Source: Haliotis rufescens
Lineage: Eukaryota
Assembly (NCBI RefSeq): GCF_023055435.1
Contig: NW_025963924.1
Span: 5,270,001-5,334,000, forward strand
Reading direction: 5' to 3'
DNA: 64,000 bases
In this document: positions 39,211 through 53,738 of the stretch, piece after piece
Layout: each line of letters begins with the position of its first letter
Numbering within the stretch: the stretch's first letter is position 1
Position numbers and translations under genes: made by a program
Notes under the pieces: generated by a model
What the model saw: only the letters and a program-made list of their open reading frames with translations
Told to the model about the DNA's origin: nothing
Database searches by the model: none

Positions 39211-42200
39211 ATGAATGAGATTCACCTTCCAGATTTCCATCATCTTCAGAACGAGGGGGAACTGTAAGTAGATTTTTTTAATTCTTATATTGCACGTAGC
39301 GTGATGGAATCTCCAAATTAAATGTAACGGACGTTCTCGTTGCTAGGTCGCCATTTTGGACCCTGATTTCAAAGGGTATACCGAAGTGCATATGCCAATT
39401 TCAGCGATCCCTCAAACAAAATTGCCCCATGCCGTTCCCGTTTTCAGACAGTATTAAGTATATTGGAAATCGCCGACAATATCATAGTGTGGCACGAGGT
39501 CATATAATACATTTTCGCCCCAAAACATGCCAATCCTGAGGACCACAATTCGCGCTACTTTAGGCTAAATTTCCCCTGTCTTTTGCCAGTTTACAAAGAG
39601 TTGTTACTGTCTGTTTACAGCATCAACCCTTCTCGTTTCTGGTTTGAACTAATCACTTCCCGGATCGACATCAATCATTCGTACGCCGAGAGGCTGCTCA
39701 GCTGGTGTGAAGATTGTAAAGGCAAGCTTGACACTGTCAGTCAAGACGGTAAGCATGCGATTACTTATTTAGATTAACCCTTTGACTTTAAAGTTCCTGT
39801 AATGTTGCTTTTAGCTATCATTTTGGTCTGTTATCGACTTTGTTGAATGTCTGCATCGCGTTTTGGCTAATACTTTTGCGTTTTTGGTTTTTAGCATGTT
39901 CCGAGAGTTATGAGATTCGTCATCTTCTGGACTGCTACCTGAAATCGTCCGAACAGGAGGCTAACCATATTCTCACCGTGTCTCGTGATCTTACCGGCCA
40001 GAACGGATCCATCCGATCTCTAAAAAAGTGAGAAAACTTATTGCATCTGTCGATGGTACTCCTGTGTGACTTCTGACTGTCTCGTTTTGAGTGAATGATT
40101 TATAAAATGGACAGTAGGGTATTCATGTTGTTGGTGGTTATGTTTTCAGACTGACGTCTACTAACAGGAGAGGCGTGTCATCTGAGCACAAGGACCTTAG
40201 CCGGGAACTTCTGTCCCTGACTGAGAGACACATGGTGTGCCTCAAACATCTCCAGGACGTGAAGGAGGTAAGTTATTGTGGTGACTGCCTTCAGGATGAA
40301 GCGTTAATCATAATATGTTTTGTATTCTCAATGCCATACACATAATCGTATGTTCATCAAAGTAGAATACAACAAGTTGGATGTTTTCTCCTTCTTGGCA
40401 GAACGGAATAATGGCCATGACTGCCTCTCACAATTATGAACGGAGAATAAGCGAGTTGAAGGCTGAGCTGGAGAAGGTGGGGGAGAAGTCTAAGAGATCC
40501 CGGCCCAGCATGGTAGAGAAGAAGGTTCGCACTCTGCACTCTAAGCTGTTTAAATACGACCAGAAGAAGAGGACCCACAGAATCCATTACGAGCAGCTAT
40601 TGAAAGAGGAGAGTGAGCTTGTGAACAAGCTGAGAAAGGTGTGCATTTGAAAATAGGGGAGCTTACTTCTGTGTCTCCTGCCATTCCTACCCATTCTTGT
40701 GTTTGGTTCCTCTGTGTTAGAACTCTTTATCTTAATCTTGATTAACCTTCTTTCTCTATTTAAGTTAACTCTTCCCCTTACCGACACAAACAAACCCAAA
40801 ACTACACAATGACATGCAAAACACAAATATCCGCTCTTGTTCATGTCTGTCTTTCGATATCTTGCCCTCATCTGTTTTCGTGCATGTTTCTGTCATTCTC
40901 CTGTTACTTTTTGTTTTTCCTTCCGTCATTTCTCTATCAATTCCCTGTTTTGTTTGTCCCCTCTCTCCGCCCACCCAGACCTCTGACCATGCATGTCAAG
41001 AAGCATGTGCCCTGCAGAAGAGTCAGTTGGAGTCCTTGGTCTCCAGTCTCAGAGACTTTGTTGTCAAGACGTGCTCGTCTGACAACGCTGACAGGTACAG
41101 CAGTAGCATTGGCTTAACTGTGTCACGGTGTATTGTTCTGAAGTTATGATGCTCTCTCTCACTCTCTCTCTCTCTCTCTCTCTCTCGTTTATAAGAGAGC
41201 TACAATCGTTGCATCAGTGTGTTATACGCAGTTTTATCCTTTCTGATTATATTTTAAGTTAATCTTAAGGTCAGCTGTATTCCCTTTGCATAGCTTTGTT
41301 AGCTATCCTCTGTTTTGTTTGAAAAATGATAGGATTTTCTGTTGCTGCAGGACCAACTTCCTAAAGTCAGCTATAGATGACATAGCTGTCGATGACATTG
41401 TCAATGCCACCTGTGATGTGACCTCACGGAAATATATCTTCCCGGATGTTCAGGGTTGGCATCAGAAATTTGGCTTCTTGGAGAAAATTCCAACCTCGTT
41501 TATCCGAGCATCTGATGTGGTCATTAGACGAGATCTGAAGAAAGGCCTGACTGAGGAGAACTGCCTGGCACAAGAAGTCATGTCAGCCATGGGCCAGCCA
41601 GTTCACAGGCGCAGATGCTGGATCTCTAAGTCTAGGACCAAGAATGGTGACGACGGTGACATCAATAACAATGAGACTGTTGCTGGTAAATAGAGCCTTA
41701 CGTTATATCCCTCTATGTGATAATGCTTTGTGTTGCCCGAAACTGTGGCTTGTGCAAACAATGTGGTAGAGTTGAATTAATAGGATGTATTGGAAGATGT
41801 AGACCTTCATCAAATGCCCGTGTCTTTCTTCAGCTGCAGTGGAGGACGACATTAAATACATGGAGGACGTTTATGTGCGAGTTGTCCGCCCCTTCAAGCC
41901 CACCCACCCTGAGCACCTCCAGCTGAATCTAGGTGAGTGTTCCCACCCAGCAGTGCCTGCAACACTCATGGGTCGGATGTAGGAGCGCCCATAGTTGCAC
42001 ATGGATGACCTTGCATGGATGCTGCATGTGTGAGGTTAAGCCTAAGTGGTCCTACTCTTTGTGAGCAGAAGTAGAGCGAATGATTACTGGAAAAATGTGG
42101 ATGATATTTGTATTTTTTTATACTTGTGTGGTTCTCTTGGGTTATGGTGTTACTTTTGTTTCTTGCAGGCATGCGCATCAAGCAAAAGTTCCCAATGGAT

Positions 42201-42299
42201 GTGAGGGGCATGTCCTTTGGGTGGTGCCGGGGTGGGCTTGTCGGCCGTAACAAACAGTATGGCTTCTACCCTGCTGACCACGTGATTCTGGAGAAATAG
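39211..42299 (+). CDS. PACSIN-like F-BAR + SH3 gene, copy 7 (lineage B, apparently intact)
   Basis: Same exon structure; WCRGG variant shared with copies 8-9 and private ILEK C-terminus. Confidence 0.83.
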
Positions 42300-44876
42300 A
42301 CTATTTGTTTCCTCTGCTTTAAACCATAATCCATCTTGACTGTATATATTGTAAAAATGTTTTCATGTAAATACATATTGATAACTGTGTACACATTTTG
42401 TCGGCTTCGTTTTTTTGTTCCTTCCTTGGGTCTGACATAGACGAGGAGGCAACATCAGAACTGTAGAGGCAGGCTGAGAATATCCATCTTGGATGATGAG
42501 TGGGCCTCAGAGCACAGTTACCTCCCACCCCACTGAGGTTTACCATGAACCGGAAGGAAATTAAGATAATATAGTGCCTTGTTTAAATGGGCTGATCAGT
42601 CCGTGCCAATGTTTTTAGTGTGACTTGGGATAGCTTAAATGTAAGATTAGACATTGTTGTTTGTCGCAAATCTTTCGTTAGCCACAGCCTTTGCAAGGGT
42701 ATTGATTCCAGCTTCCCATGACTTGACCCCAAGTTGAAAACCACTATGTGTGTTTCGGCTCGAAATATCCGGTGAACATTGTTGACAGTTGTTACTGCCA
42801 AATTTGACTGGAGTAGCCAGGCCGATACGTTGCGTTATAAGTGACAAGTGACAGGTCGGTCAGCATGCAACAGGAGAACAGCCCACAACCGATATTAATT
42901 AGGGTGGGCTGTTATGTCATTGTAGATAGCAAAGAAGGAAAATAATTGTGGTCTGAGGCCAGTGTTCTACTTCATTTGATCTTGGGGGTCATAGGTGAAA
43001 ACACAGGGAAGCGGTCGTAAAATGCACGTGGCCGTGGGGGTCGGGTGGACAGCATTAGGCCGAGTCGAGCAGGTCGGGTGGGTTGATGTACCTTTTAAGT
43101 TGTTCCCCTCAACAGTGAAGGTGGGGAGGTGGGCTGTAGCGGGGGGTAGCTGGGTCCACTTGCGTCACCCCTGAGTGCAGGGAGGGACAGACGCAGTAGT
43201 TCAGAAGAGCAGTGATGGGGCACATCTTCCTCGATCAAGGGACTATTTCAGTAGCAGACGGTACGAGGCTCGCCGGCCACGTCGATCCTGGACATGCCTA
43301 TAGAGATATTAAATCAGAACGTGTCGTCTTTACATTGGTTTCTGATTCAATAAGGATGACGAATTATTGTAATAAAGAACAATCGAGAAAACATTACTGT
43401 GTCGAAATTGCAAATCCAAAACCATCTTGAAATGGGACTTTTAATATGTCCCGCCTCTCTCACAGAAAGGATATTTGGGTATTCACATATAGTTTACCTA
43501 ATTACTTAGACGCTGTTGCTGTTATTTTGATATCTTTTTCAATTCTGTAAAGAGTTCCGAGAGTATTACCAAGCGTTGCACAAATGTATGCAGGATCGGC
43601 TACATTCGGAAACAATCAACATTTGCGGCTTTTAGTATCTCCCGTGTCCCTCCTTACAGAATGGATGTTTGGTTTTCAGCTTAATTTTTTCACATACTGC
43701 AAGGTATAGCGCATTTATTGATATATGACGGGATATCACTGAAAATATCTTACATGACTTATAAAATCGCGGAACATTAAATGTCATACTTCAGCCATGA
43801 AATTGGACTAAAAGTCGGCAACTGTAAAGAATTGCGGCTTTTAGTATATCCCGCGTCCCTCCTCAGAGAATGGATGTTTAGTTTTCATCTTAATTTTTCC
43901 ACATCCTACAAGATGTAGTGTTTTTAATGATATATGACCGGATATCGCTGACAAGCCCTACAGGACTTACAGATCGCGGAACACCAAGGGTCAAAAACTT
44001 CCACCATAAAATTTAACACGCAAAATCGGCAACCATCTTGCAAGAATTGCGACTTTTAGTATCTCCCGCCCCCCTCCTCGCAGACGGGATATCTATCTAT
44101 GGTTGTAATTTTGTCATATACTTGAGGATATAATCTTTTTAATGATATATAGCACGACATCATCGACAAAATCGTACATCAGTTATAAATAGCTGAACAT
44201 ATAGGTTTCAGACACTTGAAAATTGACTGATATAGTCGGCAACCATAAAGAATTGAGACTTTTAGTATCTACCGACCCCTTCTCGCAGACGGGATATCTA
44301 CCCATGATTGTAATTTTGTCATAATGTCATCGACAATATCGTACAGTACTAACAAATACGTGAACTTGGGGGGGGGGGGTCCAGATACTTGCACACATGA
44401 AATTTGACTGAAAAAATGGGCAACCATCAAGAATGCTACTCTGAGTATCTCATGCAGTATCTCAGGGGTAGTGGGATAGCTTAGTGGTTAAAGCCTTCGC
44501 TCGTCACGCTGAAGACCCGGGTTCGATTCTCGACATGGGTACAATGTGTGAGGCCAATTTCTGGTGTTCCCCGCCGTGATATTGCGGGAATACTGCTAAA
44601 AGCGGCGTAAAACCCTACTCACTCACTCACTCATGTACACCAGCCAGCTCGCAGTCGGGATATTGATCTATCTTCGTAAATTCCCCACATTCTACCAGAC
44701 GACAAAATTTACGCTAGTCGAGCTCAGCCTGCGATGACGGACTTTACCGAGATGTGACGGAATCGCCTCTGTGACGTCATAATGGCAACGCCGCCATTGC
44801 TTGCGTAGCAACCAGATTTACATTTGGTCAAGTCTGATAGCTCTGCCAAAATTGTCTTTTTCCTTTTTTTACAAGC

Positions 44877-46818
44877 ATGAATGAGATTCACCTTCCAGAT
44901 TTCCATCATCTTCAGAACGAGGGGGAACTGTAAGTAGATTTTTTTAATTCTTATATTGTACGTAGCGTGATGGAATCTCCAAATTAAATGTAACGGACGT
45001 TCTCGTTGCTAGGTCGCCATTTTGGACCCTGATTTCAAAGGGTATACCGAAGTGCATATGCCAATTTCAGCGATCCCTCAAACAAAATTGCCCCATGCCG
45101 TTCCCGTTTTCAGACAGTATTAAGTATATTGGAAATCGCCGACAATATCATAGTGTGGCACGAGGTCATATAATACATTTTCGCCCCAAAACATGCCAAT
45201 CCTGAGGACCACAATTCGCGCTACTTTAGGCTAAATTTCCCCTGTCTTTTGCCAGTTTACAAAGAGTTGTTACTGTCTGTTTACAGCATCAACCCTTCTC
45301 GTTTCTGGTTTGAACTAATCACTTCCCGGATCGACATCAATCATTCGTACGCCGAGAGGCTGCTCAGCTGGTGTGAAGATTGTAAAGGCAAGCTTGACAC
45401 TGTCAGTCAAGACGGTAAGCATGCGATTACTTATTTAGATTAACCCTTTGACTTTAAAGTTCCTGTAATGTTGCTTTTAGCTATCATTTTGGTCTATTAT
45501 CGACTTTGTTGAATGTCTGCATCGCGTTTTGGCTAATACTTTTGCGTTTTTGGTTTTTAGCATGTTCCGAGAGTTATGAGATTCGTCATCTTCTGGACTG
45601 CTACCTGAAATCGTCCGAACAGGAGGCTAACCATATTCTCACCGTGTCACGTGATCTTACCGGCCAGAACGGATCCATCCGATCTCTAAAAAAGTGAGAA
45701 AACTTATTGCATCTGTCGATGGTACTCCCGTGTGACTTCTGACTGTCTCGTTTTGAGTGAATGATTTATAAAATGGACAGTAAGGTATTCATGGTTGTTG
45801 GTGGTTATGTTTTCAGACTGACGTCTACTAACAGGAGAGGCGTGTCATCTGAGCACAAGGACCTGAGCCGGGAACTTCTGTCCCTGACTGAGAGACACAG
45901 GGTGTGCCTCAAACATCTCCAGGACGTGAAGGAGGTAAGTTGTTGTGGCGACTGCCTTCAGGATGAAGCGTTAATCATAATTTGTTTTGTATTCTCAATG
46001 CCATACACATAATCGTATGTTCATCAAAGTAGAATACAACAAGTTGGATGTTTTCTCCTTCTTGGCAGAACGGAATAATGGCCATGACTGCCTCTCACAA
46101 TTATGAACGGAGAATAAGCGAGTTGAAGGCTGAGCTGGAGAAGGTGGGGGAGAAGTCTAAGAGATCCCGGCCCAGCATGGTAGAGAAGAAAGTTCGGACT
46201 CTGGAGTCCAAGCTGTTTAAATACGACCAGAAGAAGAGGACCCACAGAATCCATTACGAACGGCTATTGAAGGAGGAGAGTGAGCTTGTGAACAAGCTGA
46301 GAAAGGTGTGCATTTGAAAATAGGGGAGCTTACTTCTGTGTCTCCTGCCATTCCTACCCATTCTTGTGTTTGGTTCCTCTGTGTTAGAACTCTTTATCTT
46401 AATCTTGATTAACCTTCTTTCTCTATTTAAGTTAACTCTTCCCCTTACCGACACAAACAAACCCAAAACTACACAATGACATGCAAAACACAAATATCCG
46501 CTCTTGTTCATGTCTGTCTTTCGATATCTTGCCCTCATCTGTTTTCGTGCATGTTTCTGTCATTCTCCTGTTACTTTTTGTTTTTCCTTCTGTCATTTCT
46601 CTATCAATTCCCTGTTTTGTTTGTCCCCTCTCTCCGCCCACCCAGACCTCTGACCATGCATGTCAAGAAGCATGTGCCCTGCAGAAGAGTCAGTTGGAGT
46701 CCTTGGTCTCCAGTCTCAGAGACTTTGTTGTCAAGACGTGCTCGTCTGACAACGCTGACAGGTACAGCAGTAGCATTAGCTTAACTGTGTCACGGTGTAT
46801 TGTTCTGAAGTTCTGATG

Positions 46819-46868
<50 letters not shown>

Positions 46869-48002
46869 TTCTCTCTCGTTTATAAGAGAGCTACAATCGT
46901 CGCATCAGTGTGTTATACGCAGTTTTATCCTTTCTGATTATATTTTAAGTTAATCTTAAGGTCAGCTGTATTCCCTTTGCATAGCTTTGTTAGCTATCCT
47001 CTGTTTTGTTTGAAAAATGATAGGATTTTCTGTTGCTGCAGGACCAACTTCCTAAAGTCAGCTATAGATGACATAGCTGTCGATGACATTGTCAATGCCA
47101 CCTGTGATGTGACCTCACGGAAATATGTCTTCCCGGATGTTCAGGGTTGGCATCAGAAATTTGGCTTCTTGGAGAAAATTCCAACCTCGTTTATCCGAGC
47201 ATCTGATGTGGTCATTAGACGAGATCTGAAGAAAGGCCTGACTGAGGAGAACTGCCTGGCACAAGAAGTCATGTCAGCCATGGGCCAGCCAGTTCACAGG
47301 CGCAGATGCTGGATCTCGAAGTCTAGGACCAAGAATGGTGACGACGGTGACATCAATAACAACGAGACTGTTGCTGGCACCTCCCGTGGTAAATAGAGCC
47401 TTACGTTATATCCCTCTCTGTGATAATGCTTTGTGTTGCCCGAAACTGTGGCTTGTGCAAACAATGTGGTAGAGTTCAATTAATAGGATGTATTGGAAGA
47501 TGTAGACCTTCATCAAATGCCCGTGTCTTTCTTCAGCTGCAGTGGAGGACGACATTAAATACATGGAGGACGTTTATGTGCGAGTTGTCCGCCCCTTCAA
47601 GCCCACCCACCCTGAGCACCTCCAGCTGAATCTAGGTGAGTGTTCCCACCCAGCAGTGCCTGCAACACTCATGGGTCGGATGTAGGAGCGCCCATAGTTG
47701 CACATGGATGACCTTGCATGGATGCTGCATGTGTGAGGTTAAGCCTAAGTGGTCCTACTCTTTGTGAGCAGAAGTAGAGCGAATGATTACTGGAAAAATG
47801 TTGATGATATTTGTATTTTTGTATATGTGTGTGGTTCTCTTGGGTTATGGTGTTACTTTTGTTTCTTGCAGGCATGCGCATCAAGCAAAAGTTCCCAATG
47901 GATGTGAGGGGCATGTCCTTTGGGTGGTGCCGGGGTGGGCTTGTCGGCCGTAACAAACAGTATGGCTTCTACCCTGCTGACCACGTGATTCTGGAGACAT
48001 AG
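44877..48002 (+). CDS. PACSIN-like F-BAR + SH3 gene, copy 8 (lineage A, +GTSR, 453 aa)
   Basis: Same exon structure; VRTLESK/YERLL/YVFP, ERHRV, 12 extra in-frame nt at the end of exon 7. Confidence 0.83.
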
Positions 48003-50068
48003 ACTATTTGTTTCCTCTGCTTTAAACCATAATCCATCTTGACTGTATATATTGTAAAAATGTTTTCATGTAAATACATATTGATAACTGTGTACACATT
48101 TTGTCGGCTTCGTTATTTTGTTCCTTCCTTGGGTCTGACATAGACGAGGAGGCAACATCAGAACTGTAGAGGCAGGCTGAGAATATCCATCTTGGATGAT
48201 GAGTGGGCCTCAGAGCACAGTTACCTCCCACCCCACTGAGGTTTACCATGAACCGGAAGGAAATTAAGATAATATAGTGCCTTGTTTAAATGGGCTGATC
48301 AGTCCGTGCCAATGTTTTTAGTGTGACTTGGGATAGCTTAAATGTAAGATTAGACATTGTTGTTTGTCGCAAATCTTTCGTTAGCCACAGCCTTTGCAAG
48401 GGTATTGATTCCAGCTTCCCATGACTTGACCCCAAGTTGAAAACCACTATGTGTGTTTCGGCTCGAAATATCCGGTGAACATTGTTGACAGTTGTTACTG
48501 CCAAATTTGACTGGAGTAGCCAGGCCGATACGTTGCGTTATAAGTGACAAGTGACAGGTCGGTCAGCATGCAACAGGAGAACAGCCCACAACCGATATTA
48601 ATTAGGGTGGGCTGTTATGTCATTGTAGATAGCAAAGAAGGAAAATAATTGTGGTCTGAGGCCAGTGTTCTACTTCATTTGATCTTGGGGGTCATAGGTG
48701 AAAACACAGGGAAGCGGTCGTAAAATGCACGTGGCCGTGGGGGTCGGGTGGACAGCATTAGGCCGAGTCGAGCAGGTCGGGTGGGTTGATGTACCTTTTA
48801 AGTTGTTCCCCTCAACAGTGAAGGTGGGGAGGTGGGCTGTAGCTGGGGGTAGCTGGGTCCACTTGCGTCACCCCTGAGTGCAGGGAGGGACAGACGCAGT
48901 AGTTCAGAAGAGCAGTGATGGGGCACATCTTCCTCGATCAAGGGACTATTTCAGTAGCAGACGGTACGAGGCTCGCCGGCCACGTCGATCCTGGACATGC
49001 CTATAGAGATATTAAATCAGAACGTGTCGTCTTTACATTGGTTTCTGATTCAATAAGGATGACGAATTATTGTAATAAAGAACAATCGAGAAAACATTAC
49101 TGTGTCGAAATTGCAAATCCAAAACCATCTTGAAATGGGACTTTTAATATGTCCCGCCTCTCTCACAGAAAGGATATTTGGGTATTCACATATAGTTTAC
49201 CTAATTACTTAGACGCTGTTGCTGCTATTTTGATATCTTTTTCAATTCTGTAAAGAGTTCCGAGAGTATTACCAAGCGTTGCACAAATGTATGCAGGATC
49301 GGCTACATTCGGAAACAATCAACATTTGCGGCTTTTAGTATCTCCCGTGTCCCTCCTTACAGAATGGATGTTTGGTTTTCAGCTTAATTTTTTCACATAC
49401 TGCAAGGTATAGCGCATTTATTGATATATGACGGGATATCACTGAAAATATCTTACATGACTTATAAAATCGCGGAACATTAAAGGTCATACTTCCACCA
49501 TGAAATTGGACTAAAAGTCGGCAACTGTAAAGAATTGCGGCTTTTAGTATATCCCGCGTCCCTCCTCAGAGAATGGATGTTTAGTTTTTATCTTAATTTT
49601 TCCACATCCTACAAGATGTAGTGTTTTTAATGATATATGACCGGATATCGCTGACAAGCCCTACAGGACTTACAGATCGCGGAACACCAAGGGTCAAAAA
49701 CTTCCACCATAAAATTTAACACGCAAAATCGGCAACCATCTTGCAAGAATTGCGACTTTTAGTATCTCCCGCCCCCCTCCTCGCAGACGGGATATCTATC
49801 TATGGTTGTAATTTTGTCATATACTTGAGGATATAATCTTTTTAATGATATATAGCACGACATCATCGACAAAATCGTACATCAGTTATAAATAGCTGAA
49901 CATATAGGTTTCAGACACTTGAAAATTGACTGATATAGTCGGCAACCATAAAGAATTGAGACTTTTAGTATCTCCCGACCCCTTCTCGCAGACGGGATAT
50001 CTACCCATGATTGTAATTTTGTCATAATGTCATCGACAATATCGTACAGTACTAACAAATACGTGAAC

Positions 50069-50102
<34 letters not shown>

Positions 50103-50598
50103 CCAGATACTTGCACACATGAAATTTGACTGAAAAAATGGGCAACCATCAAGAATGCTACTCTGAGTATCTCATGCAGTATCTCAGGGGTAGTGGGATA
50201 GCTTAGTGGTTAAAGCCTTCGCTCGTCACGCTGAAGACCCGGGTTCGATTCTCGACATGGGTACAATGTGTGAGGCCAATTTCTGGTGTTCCCCGCCGTG
50301 ATATTGCGGGAATACTGCTAAAAGCGGCGTAAAACCCTACTCACTCACTCACTCATGTACACCAGCCAGCTCGCAGTCGGGATATTGATCTATCTTCGTA
50401 AATTCCCCACATTCTACCAGACGACAAAATTTACGCTAGTCGAGCTCAGCCTGCGATGACGGACTTTACCGAGATGTGACGGAATCGCCTCTGTGACGTC
50501 ATAATGGCAACGCCGCCATTGCTTGCGTAGCAACCAGATTTACATTTGGTCAAGTCTGATAGCTCTGCCAAAATTGTCTTTTTCCTTTTTTTACAAGC

Positions 50599-52540
50599 AT
50601 GAATGAGATTCACCTTCCAGATTTCCATCATCTTCAGAACGAGGGGGAACTGTAAGTAGATTTTTTTAATTCTTATATTGTACGTAGCGTGATGGAATCT
50701 CCAAATTAAATGTAACGGACGTTCTCGTTGCTAGGTCGCCATTTTGGACCCTGATTTCAAAGGGTATACCGAAGTGCATATGCCAATTTCAGCGATCCCT
50801 CAAACAAAATTGCCCCATGCCGTTCCCGTTTTCAGACAGTATTAAGTATATTGGAAATCGCCGACAATATCATAGTGTGGCACGAGGTCATATAATACAT
50901 TTTCGCCCCAAAAAATGCCAATCCTGAGGACCACAATTCGCGCTACTTTAGGCTAAATTTCCCCTGTCTTTTGCCAGTTTACAAAGAGTTGTTACTGTCT
51001 GTTTACAGCATCAACCCTTCTCGTTTCTGGTTTGAACTAATCACTTCCCGGATCGACATCAATCATTCGTACGCCGAGAGGCTGCTCAGCTGGTGTGAAG
51101 ATTGTAAAGGCAAGCTTGACACTGTCAGTCAAGACGGTAAGCATGCGATTACTTATTTCGATTAACCCTTTGACTTTAAAGTTCCTGTAATGTTGCTTTT
51201 AGCTATCATTTTGGTCTATTATCGACTTTGTTGAATGTCTGCATCGCGTTTTGGCTAATACTTTTGCGTTTTTGGTTTTTAGCATGTTCCGAGAGTTATG
51301 AGATTCGTCATCTTCTGGACTGCTACCTGAAATCGTCCGAACAGGAGGCTAACCATATTCTCACCGTGTCACGTGATCTTACCGGCCAGAACGGATCCAT
51401 CCGATCTCTAAAAAAGTGAGAAAACTTATTGCATCTGTCGATGGTACTCCCGTGTGACTTCTGACTGTCTCGTTTTGAGTGAATGATTTATAAAATGGAC
51501 AGTAAGGTATTCATGGTTGTTGGTGGTTATGTTTTCAGACTGACGTCTACTAACAGGAGAGGCGTGTCATCTGAGCACAAGGACCTGAGCCGGGAACTTC
51601 TGTCCCTGACTGAGAGACACAGGGTGTGCCTCAAACATCTCCAGGACGTGAAGGAGGTGAGTTGTTGTGGCGACTGCCTTCAGGATGAAGCGTTAATCAT
51701 AATTTGTTTTGTATTCTCAATGCCATACACATAATCGTATGTTCATCAAAGTAAAATACAACAAGTTGGATGTTTTCTCCTTCTTGGCAGAACGGAATAA
51801 TGGCCATGACTGCCTCTCACAATTATGAACGGAGAATAAGCGAGTTGAAGGCTGAGCTGGAGAAGGTGGGGGAGAAGTCTAAGAGATCCCGGCCCAGCAT
51901 GGTAGAGAAGAAAGTTCGGACTCTGGAGTCCAAGCTGTTTAAATACGACCAGAAGAAGAGGACCCACAGAATCCATTACGAACGGCTATTGAAGGAGGAG
52001 AGTGAGCTTGTGAACAAGCTGAGAAAGGTGTGCATTTGAAAATAGGGGAGCTTACTTCTGTGTCTCCTGCCATTCCTACCCATTCTTGTGTTTGGTTCCT
52101 CTGTGTTAGAACTCTTTATCTTAATCTTGATTAACCTTCTTTCTCTATTTAAGTTAACTCTTCCCCTTACCGACACAAACAAACCCAAAACTACACAATG
52201 ACATGCAAAACACAAATATCCGCTCTTGTTCATGTCTGTCTTTCGATATCTTGCCCTCATCTGTTTTCGTGCATGTTTCTGTCATTCTCCTGTTACTTTT
52301 TGTTTTTCCTTCTGTCATTTCTCTATCAATTCCCTGTTTTGTTTGTCCCCTCTCTCCGCCCACCCAGACCTCTGACCATGCATGTCAAGAAGCATGTGCC
52401 CTGCAGAAGAGTCAGTTGGAGTCCTTGGTCTCCAGTCTCAGAGACTTTGTTGTCAAGACGTGCTCGTCTGACAACGCTGACAGGTACAGCAGTAGCATTG
52501 GCTTAACTGTGTCACGGTGTATTGTTCTGAAGTTCTGATG

Positions 52541-52613
<73 letters not shown>

Positions 52614-53738
52614 GTTTATAAGAGAGCTACAATCGTCGCATCAGTGTGTTATACGCAGTTTTATCCTTTCTGATTATATTTTAAGTTAATCTTAAGGTCA
52701 GCTGTATTCCCTTTGCATAGCTTTGTTAGCTATCCTCTGTTTTGTTTGAAAAATGATAGGATTTTCTGTTGCTGCAGGACCAACTTCCTAAAGTCAGCTA
52801 TAGATGACATAGCTGTCGATGACATTGTCAATGCCACCTGTGATGTGACCTCACGGAAATATGTCTTCCCGGATGTTCAGGGTTGGCATCAGAAATTTGG
52901 CTTCTTGGAGAAAATTCCAACCTCGTTTATCCGAGCATCTGATGTGGTCATTAGACGAGATCTGAAGAAAGGCCTGACTGAGGAGAACTGCCTGGCACAA
53001 GAAGTCATGTCAGCCATGGGCCAGCCAGTTCACAGGCGCAGATGCTGGATCTCGAAGTCTAGGACCAAGAATGGTGACGACGGTGACATCAATAACAACG
53101 AGACTGTTGCTGGCACCTCCCGTGGTAAATAGAGCCTTACGTTATATCCCTCTCTGTGATAATGCTTTGTGTTGCCCGAAACTGTGGCTTGTGCAAACAA
53201 TGTGGTAGAGTTCAATTAATAGGATGTATTGGAAGATGTAGACCTTCATCAAATGCCCGTGTCTTTCTTCAGCTGCAGTGGAGGACGACATTAAATACAT
53301 GGAGGACGTTTATGTGCGAGTTGTCCGCCCCTTCAAGCCCACCCACCCTGAGCACCTCCAGCTGAATCTAGGTGAGTGTTCCCACCCAGCAGTGCCTGCA
53401 ACACCCATGGGTCGGATGTAGGAGCGCCCATAGTTGCACATGGATGACCTTGCATGGATGCTGCATGTGTGAGGTTAAGCCTAAGTGGTCCTACTCTTTG
53501 TGAGCAGAAGTAGAGCGAATGATTACTGGAAAAATGTTGATGATATTTGTATTTTTGTATATGTGTGTGGTTCTCTTGGGTTATGGTGTTACTTTTGTTT
53601 CTTGCAGGCATGCGCATCAAGCAAAAGTTCCCAATGGATGTGAGGGGCATGTCCTTTGGGTGGTGCCGGGGTGGGCTTGTCGGCCGTAACAAACACTATG
53701 GCTTCTACCCTGCTGACCACGTGATTCTGGAGACATAG
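50599..53738 (+). CDS. PACSIN-like F-BAR + SH3 gene, copy 9 (lineage A, +GTSR, 453 aa)
   Basis: As copy 8, with private NKHYG variant. Confidence 0.83.
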
